Part shown: in pieces, positions 27,588 to 36,772 of the stretch
How the letters are laid out: each line of letters opens with the position of its first letter
How positions within the stretch are numbered: position 1 is the first letter of the stretch
Source: an uncultured Chitinophagaceae bacterium
GTDB lineage: Bacteria; Bacteroidota; Ignavibacteria; UBA10030; UBA8401
DNA: 64,000 bases
NCBI GenBank assembly: GCA_964409765.1
Contig: CAYPEM010000003.1
Location: 80,645-144,644 of the forward strand
Direction: 5' to 3'
The notes under the pieces: model-generated
What the model was told of the DNA's origin: nothing
What the model saw: only the letters and a program-made list of their open reading frames with translations
Database searches by the model: none
Position numbers and translations under genes: made by a program

Positions 27588-28979
27588 TTATTTTTTATGT
27601 TTCAAAACTTTAGTCCAGTGAACGATTTGTTTCTTCACTTCGTTTGGGGCAGTGCTGCCTGAAGATTTTTTGTGAGCAATAGAGTTGTGTGGGTCTAGTA
27701 ATTCAAATAGATCTTCCGATATCTTATGAGAGAATTTATGAAGTTCTTTCAGAGTTAGTTTTGAAAGAGATGTTTGGTGTTCTATGCAATATCCAACAAT
27801 TCTCCCAGTGATTGAATGCGCTTCACGGAACGGAACACCCTGTTGTACAAGATAATCTGCAATCTCAGTTGCAGTTAAAAAATCATTCTTTAACTCTTCC
27901 TCAAATCGCTGTTTATCGAATTTAGTGTGAATAAAGACGTGTGTCATAATATAAACACATTCACGCGTGGTATTTACAGCATCAAATAACGGCAGTTTAT
28001 CTTCCTGCATATCACGATTATAGGCGAGGGGAAGGCCTTTCATCAAAGTTAAAATATTCATCAAATCGCCGTATACACGTCCAACTTTCCCTCGCGTTAA
28101 CTCTGCCATATCAGGATTCTTCTTTTGAGGCATAATACTGCTGCCGGTAGTGTACGAATCGTCGATCTTTGCAAAATCAAATTCTTGTGAAGTCCAAAGA
28201 ATTAGTTCTTCTGATATTCGGCTTAAATGCATCATAATTCCGCTGCAAACGGAAACAAACTCAATGATGTAATCCCGGTCGGAAACTGCGTCAATACTAT
28301 TTTCCAAAACAGTATCAAATCCAAGTTTCTTTGCGACACTTGTCCTATCAATTGGAAATGAAGTTCCGGCTAATGCTGCAGCTCCAAGCGGAAGTCTATT
28401 TACTCGCTTATAACAATCAGTAAGACGCTCGTAATCACGTTCTAACATAGAAACGTATGCAAGTAGGTGATGCGAAAGAAAAATAGGTTGTGCGCGCTGT
28501 AAATGCGTATAACCGGGCATTATTGTACCGAAATATTTCTCGGATTTATAAAGTAGGACTCGTTGAAATTGTGCTACCAGTTTTTTTATTTCAATGATGG
28601 CAGATCGAAGGTAGAGCCGTTCATCTAATGCAACTTGATCGTTTCTGCTACGACCTGTATGGAGTTTTCCACCCATTGGTCCGACTTTTTGGATCAGTCG
28701 TTGTTCGATTGCCATGTGGATATCTTCTTTATCCCACGAAAGATCGAGTTTGCCGGATTCAATTTCACCAAGTATGTCATTCAACCCTTTACGAATTCGT
28801 CGCATTTCCTCCGGTGTAACAATTTTACAAGCCGCGAGCATCTCAACGTGGGCGATGCTACCCTGAATATCTTCCTGATATAATATTTTATCTATATCGA
28901 TAGAAGAAGAGAAACGCAGTGCTGATTCCGATAATGCAGTTTTGAATCTGCCGCCCCATAAAGTTTTTGATTGTGCCAT
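27588..28979 (-). CDS. argH: Argininosuccinate lyase
   Basis: LWGGRF N-terminal motif and the fumarate-lyase signature GSSIMPQKKNPD. Start set at ATG 28979 (MAQSKTLWGGRF, GGAG 6 nt upstream). The longer ORF reaches 29045. Confidence 0.93.
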   Translation of the reverse strand: MAQSKTLWGGRFKTALSESALRFSSSIDIDKILYQEDIQGSIAHVEMLAACKIVTPEEMRRIRKGLNDILGEIESGKLDLSWDKEDIHMAIEQRLIQKVGPMGGKLHTGRSRNDQVALDERLYLRSAIIEIKKLVAQFQRVLLYKSEKYFGTIMPGYTHLQRAQPIFLSHHLLAYVSMLERDYERLTDCYKRVNRLPLGAAALAGTSFPIDRTSVAKKLGFDTVLENSIDAVSDRDYIIEFVSVCSGIMMHLSRISEELILWTSQEFDFAKIDDSYTTGSSIMPQKKNPDMAELTRGKVGRVYGDLMNILTLMKGLPLAYNRDMQEDKLPLFDAVNTTRECVYIMTHVFIHTKFDKQRFEEELKNDFLTATEIADYLVQQGVPFREAHSITGRIVGYCIEHQTSLSKLTLKELHKFSHKISEDLFELLDPHNSIAHKKSSGSTAPNEVKKQIVHWTKVLKHKK

Positions 28980-29052
28980 ACTGACTCCATTTGAATAATA
29001 ATCTCTTTGCAGATTCCCTAAAACGTTAAAAGGTTTTTGATTCATAAATATA

Positions 29053-29082
29053 CAAAAAAAAACCTGACTATATAGTCAGGTT
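29053..29082 (-). terminator. Rho-independent terminator downstream of rplI (minus strand)
   Basis: Palindrome AACCTGACTA-ta-TAGTCAGGTT. On the minus strand it is followed by TTTTTTTT (the A tract at 29054-29060 on plus). Confidence 0.75.
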
Positions 29083-29093
29083 ATATAAACTAA

Positions 29094-29126
29094 AGGTGAC
29101 CGTTATCTTGAAGATAACGATCACCT
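29094..29126. terminator. Long near-perfect hairpin immediately after the rplI stop
   Basis: AGGTGACCGTTATCTT-g-AAGATAACGATCACCT: 16-bp arms with one mismatch. Confidence 0.5.
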
Positions 29127-29132
29127 TAAAAA

Positions 29133-29576
29133 CTACTCTCTCACAACCCACACTTTCACTTTTGCGGAAACTTTTGAGTGTAATTTAACAGGAACTTCAA
29201 AAATTCCAAGTGTTTTGATCGGTTCTTCGAGTTCGATAATTCTTTTATCGATTGAATACCCTTTTTCTGTGAGTGATTCAGAGATCATTTGCGATGTAAC
29301 AGCACCAAAGAGTTTATCATCTTCGCCGACTTTCATCGTAATGGTCAATGAAACACTACCCAGCTGTGCTGCGAGTTTTTCGGAATCCTGAACAACTTTT
29401 TCCTCTTTGCGGGCAAGTTGGATCTTTTCTTGCTCAAGAGCTTTCAAGTTTCCTTCGGTTGCACGGAATGCAATGCTTCTTGGGATAAGAAAATTGCGCG
29501 CGAAACCATTTTTCACTTCAACAACATCGCCGATGTTGCCGAGTTGACTGTAATTTTGACGTAAAATAACTTTCAT
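29133..29576 (-). CDS. rplI: 50S ribosomal protein L9
   Basis: MKVILRQNYSQLGNIGDVVEVKNGFARNFLIP is the canonical L9 N-domain. 147 aa. Confidence 0.96.
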   Translation of the reverse strand: MKVILRQNYSQLGNIGDVVEVKNGFARNFLIPRSIAFRATEGNLKALEQEKIQLARKEEKVVQDSEKLAAQLGSVSLTITMKVGEDDKLFGAVTSQMISESLTEKGYSIDKRIIELEEPIKTLGIFEVPVKLHSKVSAKVKVWVVRE

Positions 29577-29595
29577 ATTCTCAGACCTCTTTCAA

Positions 29596-29937
29596 TTACT
29601 TAATGGCTTCAGATGTGAACGGAAGCAACGCGATATGTCGTGCACGCTTGATAGCTTGAACGAGTTGACGTTGGTATTTTGCACTTGTTCCGGTGATACG
29701 TTTTGGAATGATCTTACCTTGTTCATTGATGAATTTGCGGAGCAATTTTTCATCCTTGTAGTCAATATAGATCGTTCCTGCAGCAGTGAAGCGGCAAGCG
29801 CGTTTTTTCTTCTGCTGATTATCTTTTTTAGCATCTCTGCGATTTCCATCGCGTCCGCCTTTACCGTCTCTACTGTTATATCCGCCGCCATCGCGTCGGT
29901 TTCCGCCGTTACCAAATGATGATTCACGTTGTTTCAT
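29596..29937 (-). CDS. rpsR: 30S ribosomal protein S18 with an Arg/Gly-rich N-terminal extension
   Basis: Core [60 protein letters not shown]. It is preceded by about 45 aa, [45 protein letters not shown]. The ATG overlaps the rpsF stop (TAATG on the minus strand). Confidence 0.93.
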   Translation of the reverse strand: MKQRESSFGNGGNRRDGGGYNSRDGKGGRDGNRRDAKKDNQQKKKRACRFTAAGTIYIDYKDEKLLRKFINEQGKIIPKRITGTSAKYQRQLVQAIKRARHIALLPFTSEAIK

Positions 29938-30323
29938 TAGATTGCCGCTCCTTTACTTGGTTCTTCAGCAATAACAATGTCGCTGATTGGTGTTTTCTGC
30001 CCGACTTCTTTTGCTTTTAATGCTTTTTTGTTCAATTCGATTGTCATAAATCGAATGACATTTTCATTCAGCAAATATTGTCGTTCTAATTTTGCAACGA
30101 TATCACCCGGTGCTTTGAACTCATACAGAACATAGAAACCATTGTTCTTCTTTTTAATCGCATATGCGAGCCGACGACGTCCCCATTTTTCCAGGGCACG
30201 AAGTTCACCGCCATTTTTTAGGATGAAATCTTTGATCTTTTCGATCTCAGTTTCAACCTGCGCATCTTCAAGAGTGGCATTAATGATAATGACCGACTCA
30301 TAGATCCTTGTTTGATATTGCAT
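29937..30323 (-). CDS. rpsF: 30S ribosomal protein S6
   Basis: [18 protein letters not shown]...[12 protein letters not shown] is typical S6. Gene order is rpsF-rpsR-rplI. Confidence 0.93.
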   Translation of the reverse strand: MQYQTRIYESVIIINATLEDAQVETEIEKIKDFILKNGGELRALEKWGRRRLAYAIKKKNNGFYVLYEFKAPGDIVAKLERQYLLNENVIRFMTIELNKKALKAKEVGQKTPISDIVIAEEPSKGAAI

Positions 30324-30405
30324 TAAAAAATCCTCCTATGGACTTTTGACCCCATCTCATTACGGATGGATGGAGTAGGTTATGTTTTCAGTTTTTAATA
30401 AAAAC

Positions 30406-31008
30406 TCATTCCGCATTTGTGGAAGTGAAAAAATTTCTATTGTAGTGATTCATTGTCTTTTGAATCCCCGTTTCAATCCAACTGACACATGCATCGTGAG
30501 CATGATTAAGAAGTTGGGGAAGAAGTTTTTCTTCGTTTATATCGAATCGGGATAGAACATAATCAGCCATTGATTCATGAGTGTGTTCGAATGGAAGTGA
30601 TTTTCCACTGACTCCAATTCTTAATCGAGGAATAAGATCATTTTCCAATTGATAAATGATCGACGATAGACCATTATGTCCTCCATCGCTTCCTTTTGGC
30701 CGTAAACGTAATGTTCCGAATGGAATCTGAAAATCATCATAGACGATCAAAAAATCAGCAGGAGAGAGTTCGTATTTTTGTAATGCTTCACGAACAGCTA
30801 TCCCACTGTTATTCATATACGTCTGAGGCATAACTAACAAAATTGTTTCTTCTGCAAACGATGATTGATAACATTCATACAGTGAATTTCCTTCAAAGTG
30901 TTTTGCTTTGAATTTATCGATTAAAAATTCTACCGCAAGAAAACCAATGTTATGCCGGGTGAATCTGTAACGATTTCCAGGATTTCCTAATCCGACGATA
31001 CATTTCAC
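30406..31008 (-). CDS. pth: Peptidyl-tRNA hydrolase
   Basis: MKCIVGLGNPGNRYRFTRHNIGF...GGHNGL signature motifs. 200 aa. Confidence 0.95.
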   Translation of the reverse strand: MKCIVGLGNPGNRYRFTRHNIGFLAVEFLIDKFKAKHFEGNSLYECYQSSFAEETILLVMPQTYMNNSGIAVREALQKYELSPADFLIVYDDFQIPFGTLRLRPKGSDGGHNGLSSIIYQLENDLIPRLRIGVSGKSLPFEHTHESMADYVLSRFDINEEKLLPQLLNHAHDACVSWIETGIQKTMNHYNRNFFTSTNAE

Positions 31009-31043
31009 GGAGATTCTCCGTTGTCAAAGAACTTTATGATACA

Positions 31044-31727
31044 TTATTTTTTTGCCGGTGCTGCTTCGCCTTCAACGGGTTTTTTACCTTTTGCTATAAC
31101 TTCAGGTTCAGCCGCTGCAGTTGGTGCTGCTGCCGCTGCATCCGGTGTTGCTCCAGGAACTGCTGCAACTTCTTCTTTCACTACGGTCGGAGGAACAACT
31201 GCGACAACCGCACTTGCAGGATTGTCAAGAACACGAACATTATCGATCTTGATATCTCGAACGTGAATTGAATCATTCATTCCAAGGTCAGCAACCTGCA
31301 ATACAATTTGTTCAGGAATAAATTTCGGCAAACACGATACACGGACTTTGTGCATAATGTGCTGCAATGTTCCGCCGTCTTTAACACCCTTAGGACTGCC
31401 ATTCAAAATTACAGGGATCAGAACAGTCAATTCTTCATTTTCTTTAACACCTTGAAGATCAAAATGAACCGGTCGATCAGTGATAGGGTCGAACTGCACA
31501 TCGCGAAGAATGCAGGTCTTACTTTCACCATTATCCAATTTCAAGTTGATAAGATGTGTGTTGGAAGTATAGATCAATGGTTTCATTGCAAGCGGTGTTG
31601 CAGTGACATTGATATTTGCTTCACCATGTGCATAATATACGCCGGGAATTTTATCCAATGAACGAAGTTTGTTCATTCTTTTTCCGGTTTCAGTTCGCAC
31701 AACTACGTTCAATACTACTTCTGACAT
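31044..31727 (-). CDS. rplY: 50S ribosomal protein L25 / general stress protein Ctc
   Basis: Ctc-form L25 (RTETGKRMNKLRSLDKIPGVYY..., two beta-barrel domains) with an Ala/Pro/Lys-rich C-terminal tail. Lies between prs and pth, as in many bacteria. Confidence 0.9.
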   Translation of the reverse strand: MSEVVLNVVVRTETGKRMNKLRSLDKIPGVYYAHGEANINVTATPLAMKPLIYTSNTHLINLKLDNGESKTCILRDVQFDPITDRPVHFDLQGVKENEELTVLIPVILNGSPKGVKDGGTLQHIMHKVRVSCLPKFIPEQIVLQVADLGMNDSIHVRDIKIDNVRVLDNPASAVVAVVPPTVVKEEVAAVPGATPDAAAAAPTAAAEPEVIAKGKKPVEGEAAPAKK

Positions 31728-31761
31728 TGTTATTACTCCTCACTTAAAACAAAAAAATAAA

Positions 31762-32715
31762 TTAATTATCTAAACTTTTATCTTTATCAACATCGAACAG
31801 TGAACTTATCGATTTGTTATGGAAACACCGTTCAATTGCCGAGGAAAATACGGTGGATACTGACATTACTTCAATTTTTGGTGATTCGATTTTCAATGGA
31901 ATAGTGTCACACACAATAATCTTTTCCACTTCACTTGCATTAATCCGTTCTAACGCTTTTCCAGACAATAGGGGATGAGTGCACGCACCATAAACAGATT
32001 TAGCACCTGCTTTTTTCAATGCTGAAACTGCATTGGTAAACGTACCTGCTGTATCAATCAAATCATCAACAATCAGAACATTCCTTCCTGCAACATCACC
32101 AACAATATTCATTACTTCAACAACATTCGGAGCAGGACGTCGTTTATCGATTAATACTAATTCTGCATCTAATCGTTTTGCATAAGCACGAGCCATTTTA
32201 ATCCCACCGACATCAGGTGAAACGACTGTTAGGTTTGGAATTTTTTGTCTTTTCAAATGATCTACAAACACCACCGATGAGTATAAATGATCCACTGGGA
32301 TGTCAAAAAATCCCTGAATCTGTGGTGCATGAAGGTCCATACATATTACACGATCAACACCTGCAGTTGTAATCAAATTTGCAATTAGTTTTGATGTTAT
32401 CGCAACTCTTGGTTGATCTTTTCTATCCTGCCGTGCATACCCAAAATATGGTATGACGACGTTAACTTTTCTTGCAGAAGCTCGTTTTGCTGCGTCTACC
32501 GTTATTAACAACTCCATCAGATTATCTGTTGGAGGAACGGTTGTTTGAATGATAAAAACATCTGCTCCGCGAACATTATCAATGAACTTTACCCAAATTT
32601 CACCATCACTAAAATTCTGAATTTCAAGTTTACCGAGAGGCTCACCTAAATCATGTGCAATTTTTTCGGCCAATGGTCGATTTGCTCGCCCGGAAAATAA
32701 TTTCAATTGTGGCAT
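31762..32715 (-). CDS. prs: Ribose-phosphate pyrophosphokinase
   Basis: MPQLKLFSGRANRPLAEKIA..., YFGYARQDRK, and the PRPP-binding loop VLIVDDLIDTAGT. Confidence 0.96.
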   Translation of the reverse strand: MPQLKLFSGRANRPLAEKIAHDLGEPLGKLEIQNFSDGEIWVKFIDNVRGADVFIIQTTVPPTDNLMELLITVDAAKRASARKVNVVIPYFGYARQDRKDQPRVAITSKLIANLITTAGVDRVICMDLHAPQIQGFFDIPVDHLYSSVVFVDHLKRQKIPNLTVVSPDVGGIKMARAYAKRLDAELVLIDKRRPAPNVVEVMNIVGDVAGRNVLIVDDLIDTAGTFTNAVSALKKAGAKSVYGACTHPLLSGKALERINASEVEKIIVCDTIPLKIESPKIEVMSVSTVFSSAIERCFHNKSISSLFDVDKDKSLDN

Positions 32716-32826
32716 AGATTTATTCGACTCTAACGGAGGTTAAAGTAACATTTAGTTAACAAAAATATCAAAATTTCACCTTATAGTCAATGTTTTTTCA
32801 TCATATTCTTGAATAATCAAGACATG

Positions 32827-32855
32827 TTGACATTCCAAAAACCTTTGGGTATTTT
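32827..32855 (+). promoter_or_regulatory. Candidate sigma70-type promoter for the hydrolase-bioY unit
   Basis: TTGACA - 17 nt - TATTTT ending 12 nt before ATG 32867. It is immediately preceded by the palindrome TCTTGA-ataa-TCAAGA (32807-32822). Confidence 0.45.
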
Positions 32856-32866
32856 AAAAGTGCTAT

Positions 32867-33727
32867 ATGAATGAAATTATTGAAGAACTTCGAACATTTA
32901 GAACACCATCCGGATTCCCTTTACGTTGTGATATTCGTTGGAGCAGTAAATTCGTTAATAATGATGGTATAACATTTCCTATAGTAATAATTTGTCACGG
33001 ATTTAAGGCATTTAAGGATTGGGGACCATTTCCTTCAATTGGGAGATTTTTTGCAAACAATGGCTTTGTTTCTATAGTTTTGAATTTTTCTCATAACGGA
33101 ATTGGTGAAGAACCCAAAAAGTTTGTTGAGCACGAAAAATTCTCTCTTAATACAATTTCGATCGAGATAGATGATGTAAAAACCATTCTCAATGAAATAG
33201 ATTTCAATTGTTTGTCACTTCCGTTTGTCAATAAAACAAAAATTGCATTAATTGGTCACTCACGCGGCGGCGGTGTTTCTTTGATAGTTGGAAAAGAAGA
33301 TGATAGGGTAAAAGCAGTTGCAGCGTTGTCAACAATTGCATATTTTAACCGATACACGGATGAGCAAAAGAAACGATGGAGAGAAAAAGGATTTGTTCAA
33401 TTACATTCGGTTAGTGATCAGAAACTATTTCAGATTAAGACATCACTTCTTGATGATATTGAAATCAACAGTGATCGTTTAAATATTTTGAATGCTGTTG
33501 AAAATTTACATAAACCATTATTAATTGTTCACGGAACAGCAGATATTCCTGTAAAGATTGAAGAAGCGGAAAAATTGTACTCCGTATCGAATAAAAATTA
33601 TACAAGATTTGTGAAATTAGATAATGTCGGACATATGTACGGCGCAAAGCATCCGTATAAAGAAGAAAGTCCAACATTGAATCATGTTAATGATATTACA
33701 GCACATTGGTTACATACTATTTTTTAA
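32867..33727 (+). CDS. Alpha/beta-fold hydrolase
   Basis: Nucleophile elbow GHSRGG (G-x-S-x-G). C-terminal HGTADIPV...GHMY consistent with Asp/His triad positions. 286 aa. Confidence 0.7.
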   Translation: MNEIIEELRTFRTPSGFPLRCDIRWSSKFVNNDGITFPIVIICHGFKAFKDWGPFPSIGRFFANNGFVSIVLNFSHNGIGEEPKKFVEHEKFSLNTISIEIDDVKTILNEIDFNCLSLPFVNKTKIALIGHSRGGGVSLIVGKEDDRVKAVAALSTIAYFNRYTDEQKKRWREKGFVQLHSVSDQKLFQIKTSLLDDIEINSDRLNILNAVENLHKPLLIVHGTADIPVKIEEAEKLYSVSNKNYTRFVKLDNVGHMYGAKHPYKEESPTLNHVNDITAHWLHTIF

Positions 33728-33738
33728 TCGGAGGATTC

Positions 33739-34311
33739 ATGGAAGGTATACAAAAAAATTTTTTGTCGCACACAATAACTTCATCGTCAACAATAGCCCA
33801 AGTTGGCTGGATATCACTATTTGCGGTATTGACAGCTCTTGGTGCTCAAGTGCAAATTCCACATCAGCCGATTCCATTTACACTCCAAACTTTTTTTGTT
33901 TTACTTTCCGGTGCATTCCTTGGTGCACGTAATGGATTCTTTGCCCAATTATTTTATTTGGTTGCAGGGGTTGTTGGTTTGCCTGTATTTACGGGCGCTA
34001 CATTTGGGTTGATAAAAATATTTGGTTTCACCGGCGGCTACCTGATGAGTTTCCCAATTGCTGCTGCTTTGATCGGATATCTCGTCACAATTCGAAAAGG
34101 GTACATCTGGACGTTTTTTTCTATGACTCTTGGATTACTTGTGATTTTTATTTCTGGAACATTATATTTAAATTTTGCAGCAATGCATAATATTCAACAA
34201 GCGTTTTCCAGTGGGTTTTTGATCTTTTCATGGTGGGATATTCTGAAACTCACTGCGGCCGCGACAATATATAACGAATTTGCTAAGCGTTATAGAAAAT
34301 TACCCGCATAA
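33739..34311 (+). CDS. bioY: Biotin transporter BioY (ECF S-component)
   Basis: Start at ATG 33739 (GGAGG 4 nt upstream). BioY-like motifs IPFTLQTFFVLLSGAFLG and GLPVF...GGYLMSFP. About 6 TM helices. Confidence 0.8.
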   Translation: MEGIQKNFLSHTITSSSTIAQVGWISLFAVLTALGAQVQIPHQPIPFTLQTFFVLLSGAFLGARNGFFAQLFYLVAGVVGLPVFTGATFGLIKIFGFTGGYLMSFPIAAALIGYLVTIRKGYIWTFFSMTLGLLVIFISGTLYLNFAAMHNIQQAFSSGFLIFSWWDILKLTAAATIYNEFAKRYRKLPA

Positions 34312-34328
34312 AAAATATTGAAGAACAT

Positions 34329-34357
34329 AAAAAATCCTCTCGCCGAGAGGATTTTTT
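34329..34357. terminator. Bidirectional rho-independent terminator between the convergent bioY and exonuclease genes
   Basis: AAAAAATCCTCTC-gcc-GAGAGGATTTTTT: A tract on one side, T tract on the other. Confidence 0.8.
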
Positions 34358-34384
34358 ATGTGTAATAGTATACAAAAAAAGAGT

Positions 34385-35056
34385 TTAATGAAAATTTAGA
34401 AATTCTTCCCATCGTTTATGCAATTCAGCAGTAGCAAGTACATCACCGTAACAATATTCTGCAATATCTCGAAATCGTTTTGTATCAAATAATTTTTTCA
34501 TATCAAGTCCGGTGATGCCTTTGGTTTTCGGACTTTCAATCCCAAATGATTTGCAATAAAAATCCAAACTAAAGCGGCGTGTGACTTGGTAAAACGTTAA
34601 TTGTTCGAGAAGATCGCAATGGATCTCAGAATCATACCGGTAAGGCATTAGATTGCGCGAAGTTTGTACGCCGAGTTTTGCTGAACGAAGCATGATGAAC
34701 GGACAATCAAACCCCCGTCCGTTAAAGGTAATGAATTGTTCATACTTGGGAATGATTTCCCAGAAACTTTGCAGTATGAATTGCTCACTGCCGGAAATAT
34801 AATGACATTGTTTATCATCGGAAAAATATTCCTCAGGAACATCTGATTGGTAAAATACTTTCCCTTTGTTGGTATCAGGATTATACAGAGCAATGCAAAG
34901 AATTTGTGCAGTGAGTGGATGGAGATTGAGGTTTTTCTTTACGTCTTCAATTTTTTCTTCGCTGTCTGCGAATCGAAGAAGATAAGTTTGGGTCTCTTGG
35001 TCAAATGAATCCAATGGAAACCCTAGTGTTTCTATGTCAAAAATTATTCTACTCAT
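34385..35056 (-). CDS. Stand-alone 3'-5' exonuclease related to the PolB exonuclease domain (RNase H-like fold)
   Basis: Exo motifs in order: I FDIETLG, II FNGRGFDCPF, III YCYGDVLAT. 223 aa. Confidence 0.7.
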   Translation of the reverse strand: MSRIIFDIETLGFPLDSFDQETQTYLLRFADSEEKIEDVKKNLNLHPLTAQILCIALYNPDTNKGKVFYQSDVPEEYFSDDKQCHYISGSEQFILQSFWEIIPKYEQFITFNGRGFDCPFIMLRSAKLGVQTSRNLMPYRYDSEIHCDLLEQLTFYQVTRRFSLDFYCKSFGIESPKTKGITGLDMKKLFDTKRFRDIAEYCYGDVLATAELHKRWEEFLNFH

Positions 35057-35057
35057 T

Positions 35058-36107
35058 TTATACCTGAGTTATTTTGTAATTTTTTAACCCCCAATTCGTC
35101 TCAGCTGCTGTGACAAGAATTACTGTGTAAATAGGAACGGCTAAGACCATTCCCATTACACCAAGTGTTTCATTCCCAATAAGGATAACTAAAAACATAG
35201 TCAACGGATGAATATTCATTATTTTACTGAATACTGATGGCTGTATGAACATTTGATCTATCTGCTGAACGACAATCGATGTTACAACAATAGGGATTAG
35301 CATCCGGAGGTCGCCAAACTGAACGATAGAAATTAGCAGGGTTGGGATTGCACCGAGAAAAGGACCGGCGAACGGTATGACGTTTGTAATTCCACTAATT
35401 AAGCCGAGAACTGTTGCGTAATTAATCCCCAAAAAAAAATAGATAACAGCATATAAAATTCCCACAACTGCAGATTCAGTGACCGTTCCACGGATGTATT
35501 TACTTAATTGATCCTCAATCTTGTAGATAATATTGAGCGACATCTCGAAATATTTATTCGGCATGTTTCGAATAAATGCTTTTTGCATTTTATAATAATC
35601 ACTTAGTAAAAAAAATGTGATGAATGGAACAATGCTTAATGTAGCTGCTGTACCAAGCAGTCCTGAAAGTGCATTGCCTGCGGAATTACCAATTGACACA
35701 AGTGAATTATTCAATTGTTCACGGACTGCTTCAGATTTTAAAAATGGAACCTGATAAGAAATTTGCAGACTTAAATCGTTCAGCATAACTGTCAAACGGT
35801 CTTTACTAAAAGCTGCACTGATTTGAGATACCTGCAGGGAAATCACAGGCAAAAGAATAACTACTCCTAGAACTGCAATACTTCCAAGGCATACAAAAAC
35901 AAGCATCACAGCAACCCAGCGTGCAGCACCGACATTTTCAATGTAATCAACAATCGGTTTTAAGATGAATGTTAAAGTGAACGAAACTACAAGAATGAGA
36001 AAAAGATCTTCAAATGTTGATAAAACCAAGATGGGAAGAGCAATTGCCATTGTGATAAGAAAAACTTTCCAATGGCGGCTTCTAAAGAAATTCTTATCAT
36101 CTTTCAT
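35058..36107 (-). CDS. AI-2E family transporter (PerM/YhhT-like)
   Basis: 8-TM membrane protein with characteristic NVIPFAGPFLGAIP and LVILIGNETLGVMGMVLAVP segments. Confidence 0.8.
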   Translation of the reverse strand: MKDDKNFFRSRHWKVFLITMAIALPILVLSTFEDLFLILVVSFTLTFILKPIVDYIENVGAARWVAVMLVFVCLGSIAVLGVVILLPVISLQVSQISAAFSKDRLTVMLNDLSLQISYQVPFLKSEAVREQLNNSLVSIGNSAGNALSGLLGTAATLSIVPFITFFLLSDYYKMQKAFIRNMPNKYFEMSLNIIYKIEDQLSKYIRGTVTESAVVGILYAVIYFFLGINYATVLGLISGITNVIPFAGPFLGAIPTLLISIVQFGDLRMLIPIVVTSIVVQQIDQMFIQPSVFSKIMNIHPLTMFLVILIGNETLGVMGMVLAVPIYTVILVTAAETNWGLKNYKITQV

Positions 36108-36730
36108 TGATTTACCATTTGAGATGTAATTTTAAGAGAGAGAGAAGTATCGTAACCGCGACGGACTAAATGTTCAAAGATTCGTTTTTTTTGAGTATTG
36201 ATCGGAAGCGATTTCACACGTTTGTATTTTCGTTCAGCCTCTTTTAAGGCAAGATCGTTTTCTGATTCGATAGTGTAAAACTCCGGGATAATTCTTTCAA
36301 CTGTTGATTTATCGATTCCCTTTTTATAGAGCAGATGCTTCATTGAAGATTTGCCGACAGGTTTTAATTGTAATCGATCGCGGCAGTACATCCTTACGAA
36401 TTCATCGTCATTCAGTAGTTTCATCTCATCTAAAAATACCAGTGCTTGTTCTATATGCGAAGCGTCGTACCCTTTTTTTTTCAAATATTCGAAAATATCA
36501 TGTCTCGATCGAGGCCGATATGAACGGTAGCGTAATGCAACTCTTCGAACCGATGATTCAGCTTCGGCGTTTTCGATTTGAGTCTGCTCAGATTCTGTGA
36601 TCTCTTGTCCTTGATGAAGAACAAATCGAACGTACACATCTTCGCTGACACTGAAAGAATATTTGTCATCAACAAAAATTGAAAATCGTGTTTTATTCTT
36701 CTTTTGCTGTTCTATTTTTGTGATGAACAT
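36104..36730 (-). CDS. recX: Recombination regulator RecX
   Basis: 208 aa. Tandem 3-helix repeats (ALRYRSYRPRSRHDIFEYLKKKGYD...). Lies 42 nt downstream of recA. Confidence 0.8.
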   Translation of the reverse strand: MFITKIEQQKKNKTRFSIFVDDKYSFSVSEDVYVRFVLHQGQEITESEQTQIENAEAESSVRRVALRYRSYRPRSRHDIFEYLKKKGYDASHIEQALVFLDEMKLLNDDEFVRMYCRDRLQLKPVGKSSMKHLLYKKGIDKSTVERIIPEFYTIESENDLALKEAERKYKRVKSLPINTQKKRIFEHLVRRGYDTSLSLKITSQMVNQ

Positions 36731-36772
36731 AAAATATTGAGACGTACGAATGGTACGTCTCTTTATACAATA

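Noticed and set aside
29937-30323. Absence of ssb between rpsF and rpsR as a possible deletion
   Set aside because: rpsF-rpsR-rplI without ssb is a normal arrangement in many lineages (including Bacteroidota-like genomes). The 1-nt overlap shows an intact junction.
30324-30405. Possible S6:S18-binding regulatory leader upstream of rpsF (hairpin CCATC..GATGG on the minus strand)
   Set aside because: Only a short 5-bp stem is visible, and I cannot verify resemblance to the known rpsF leader motif without a covariance-model search. The region also has to hold the pth 3' end.
31021-31266. 81-aa Ala/Gly/Thr-rich plus-strand ORF
   Set aside because: It is the reverse complement of the Ala/Pro/Lys-rich C-terminal tail of L25/Ctc. 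A low-complexity mirror ORF.
32751-32764. Near-palindrome TTTAGTTAACAAAA as a possible BirA/biotin operator for the bioY unit
   Set aside because: It is a single imperfect palindrome, lies closer to the divergent prs start than to the hydrolase-bioY promoter, and has no second half-site at BirA-type spacing.
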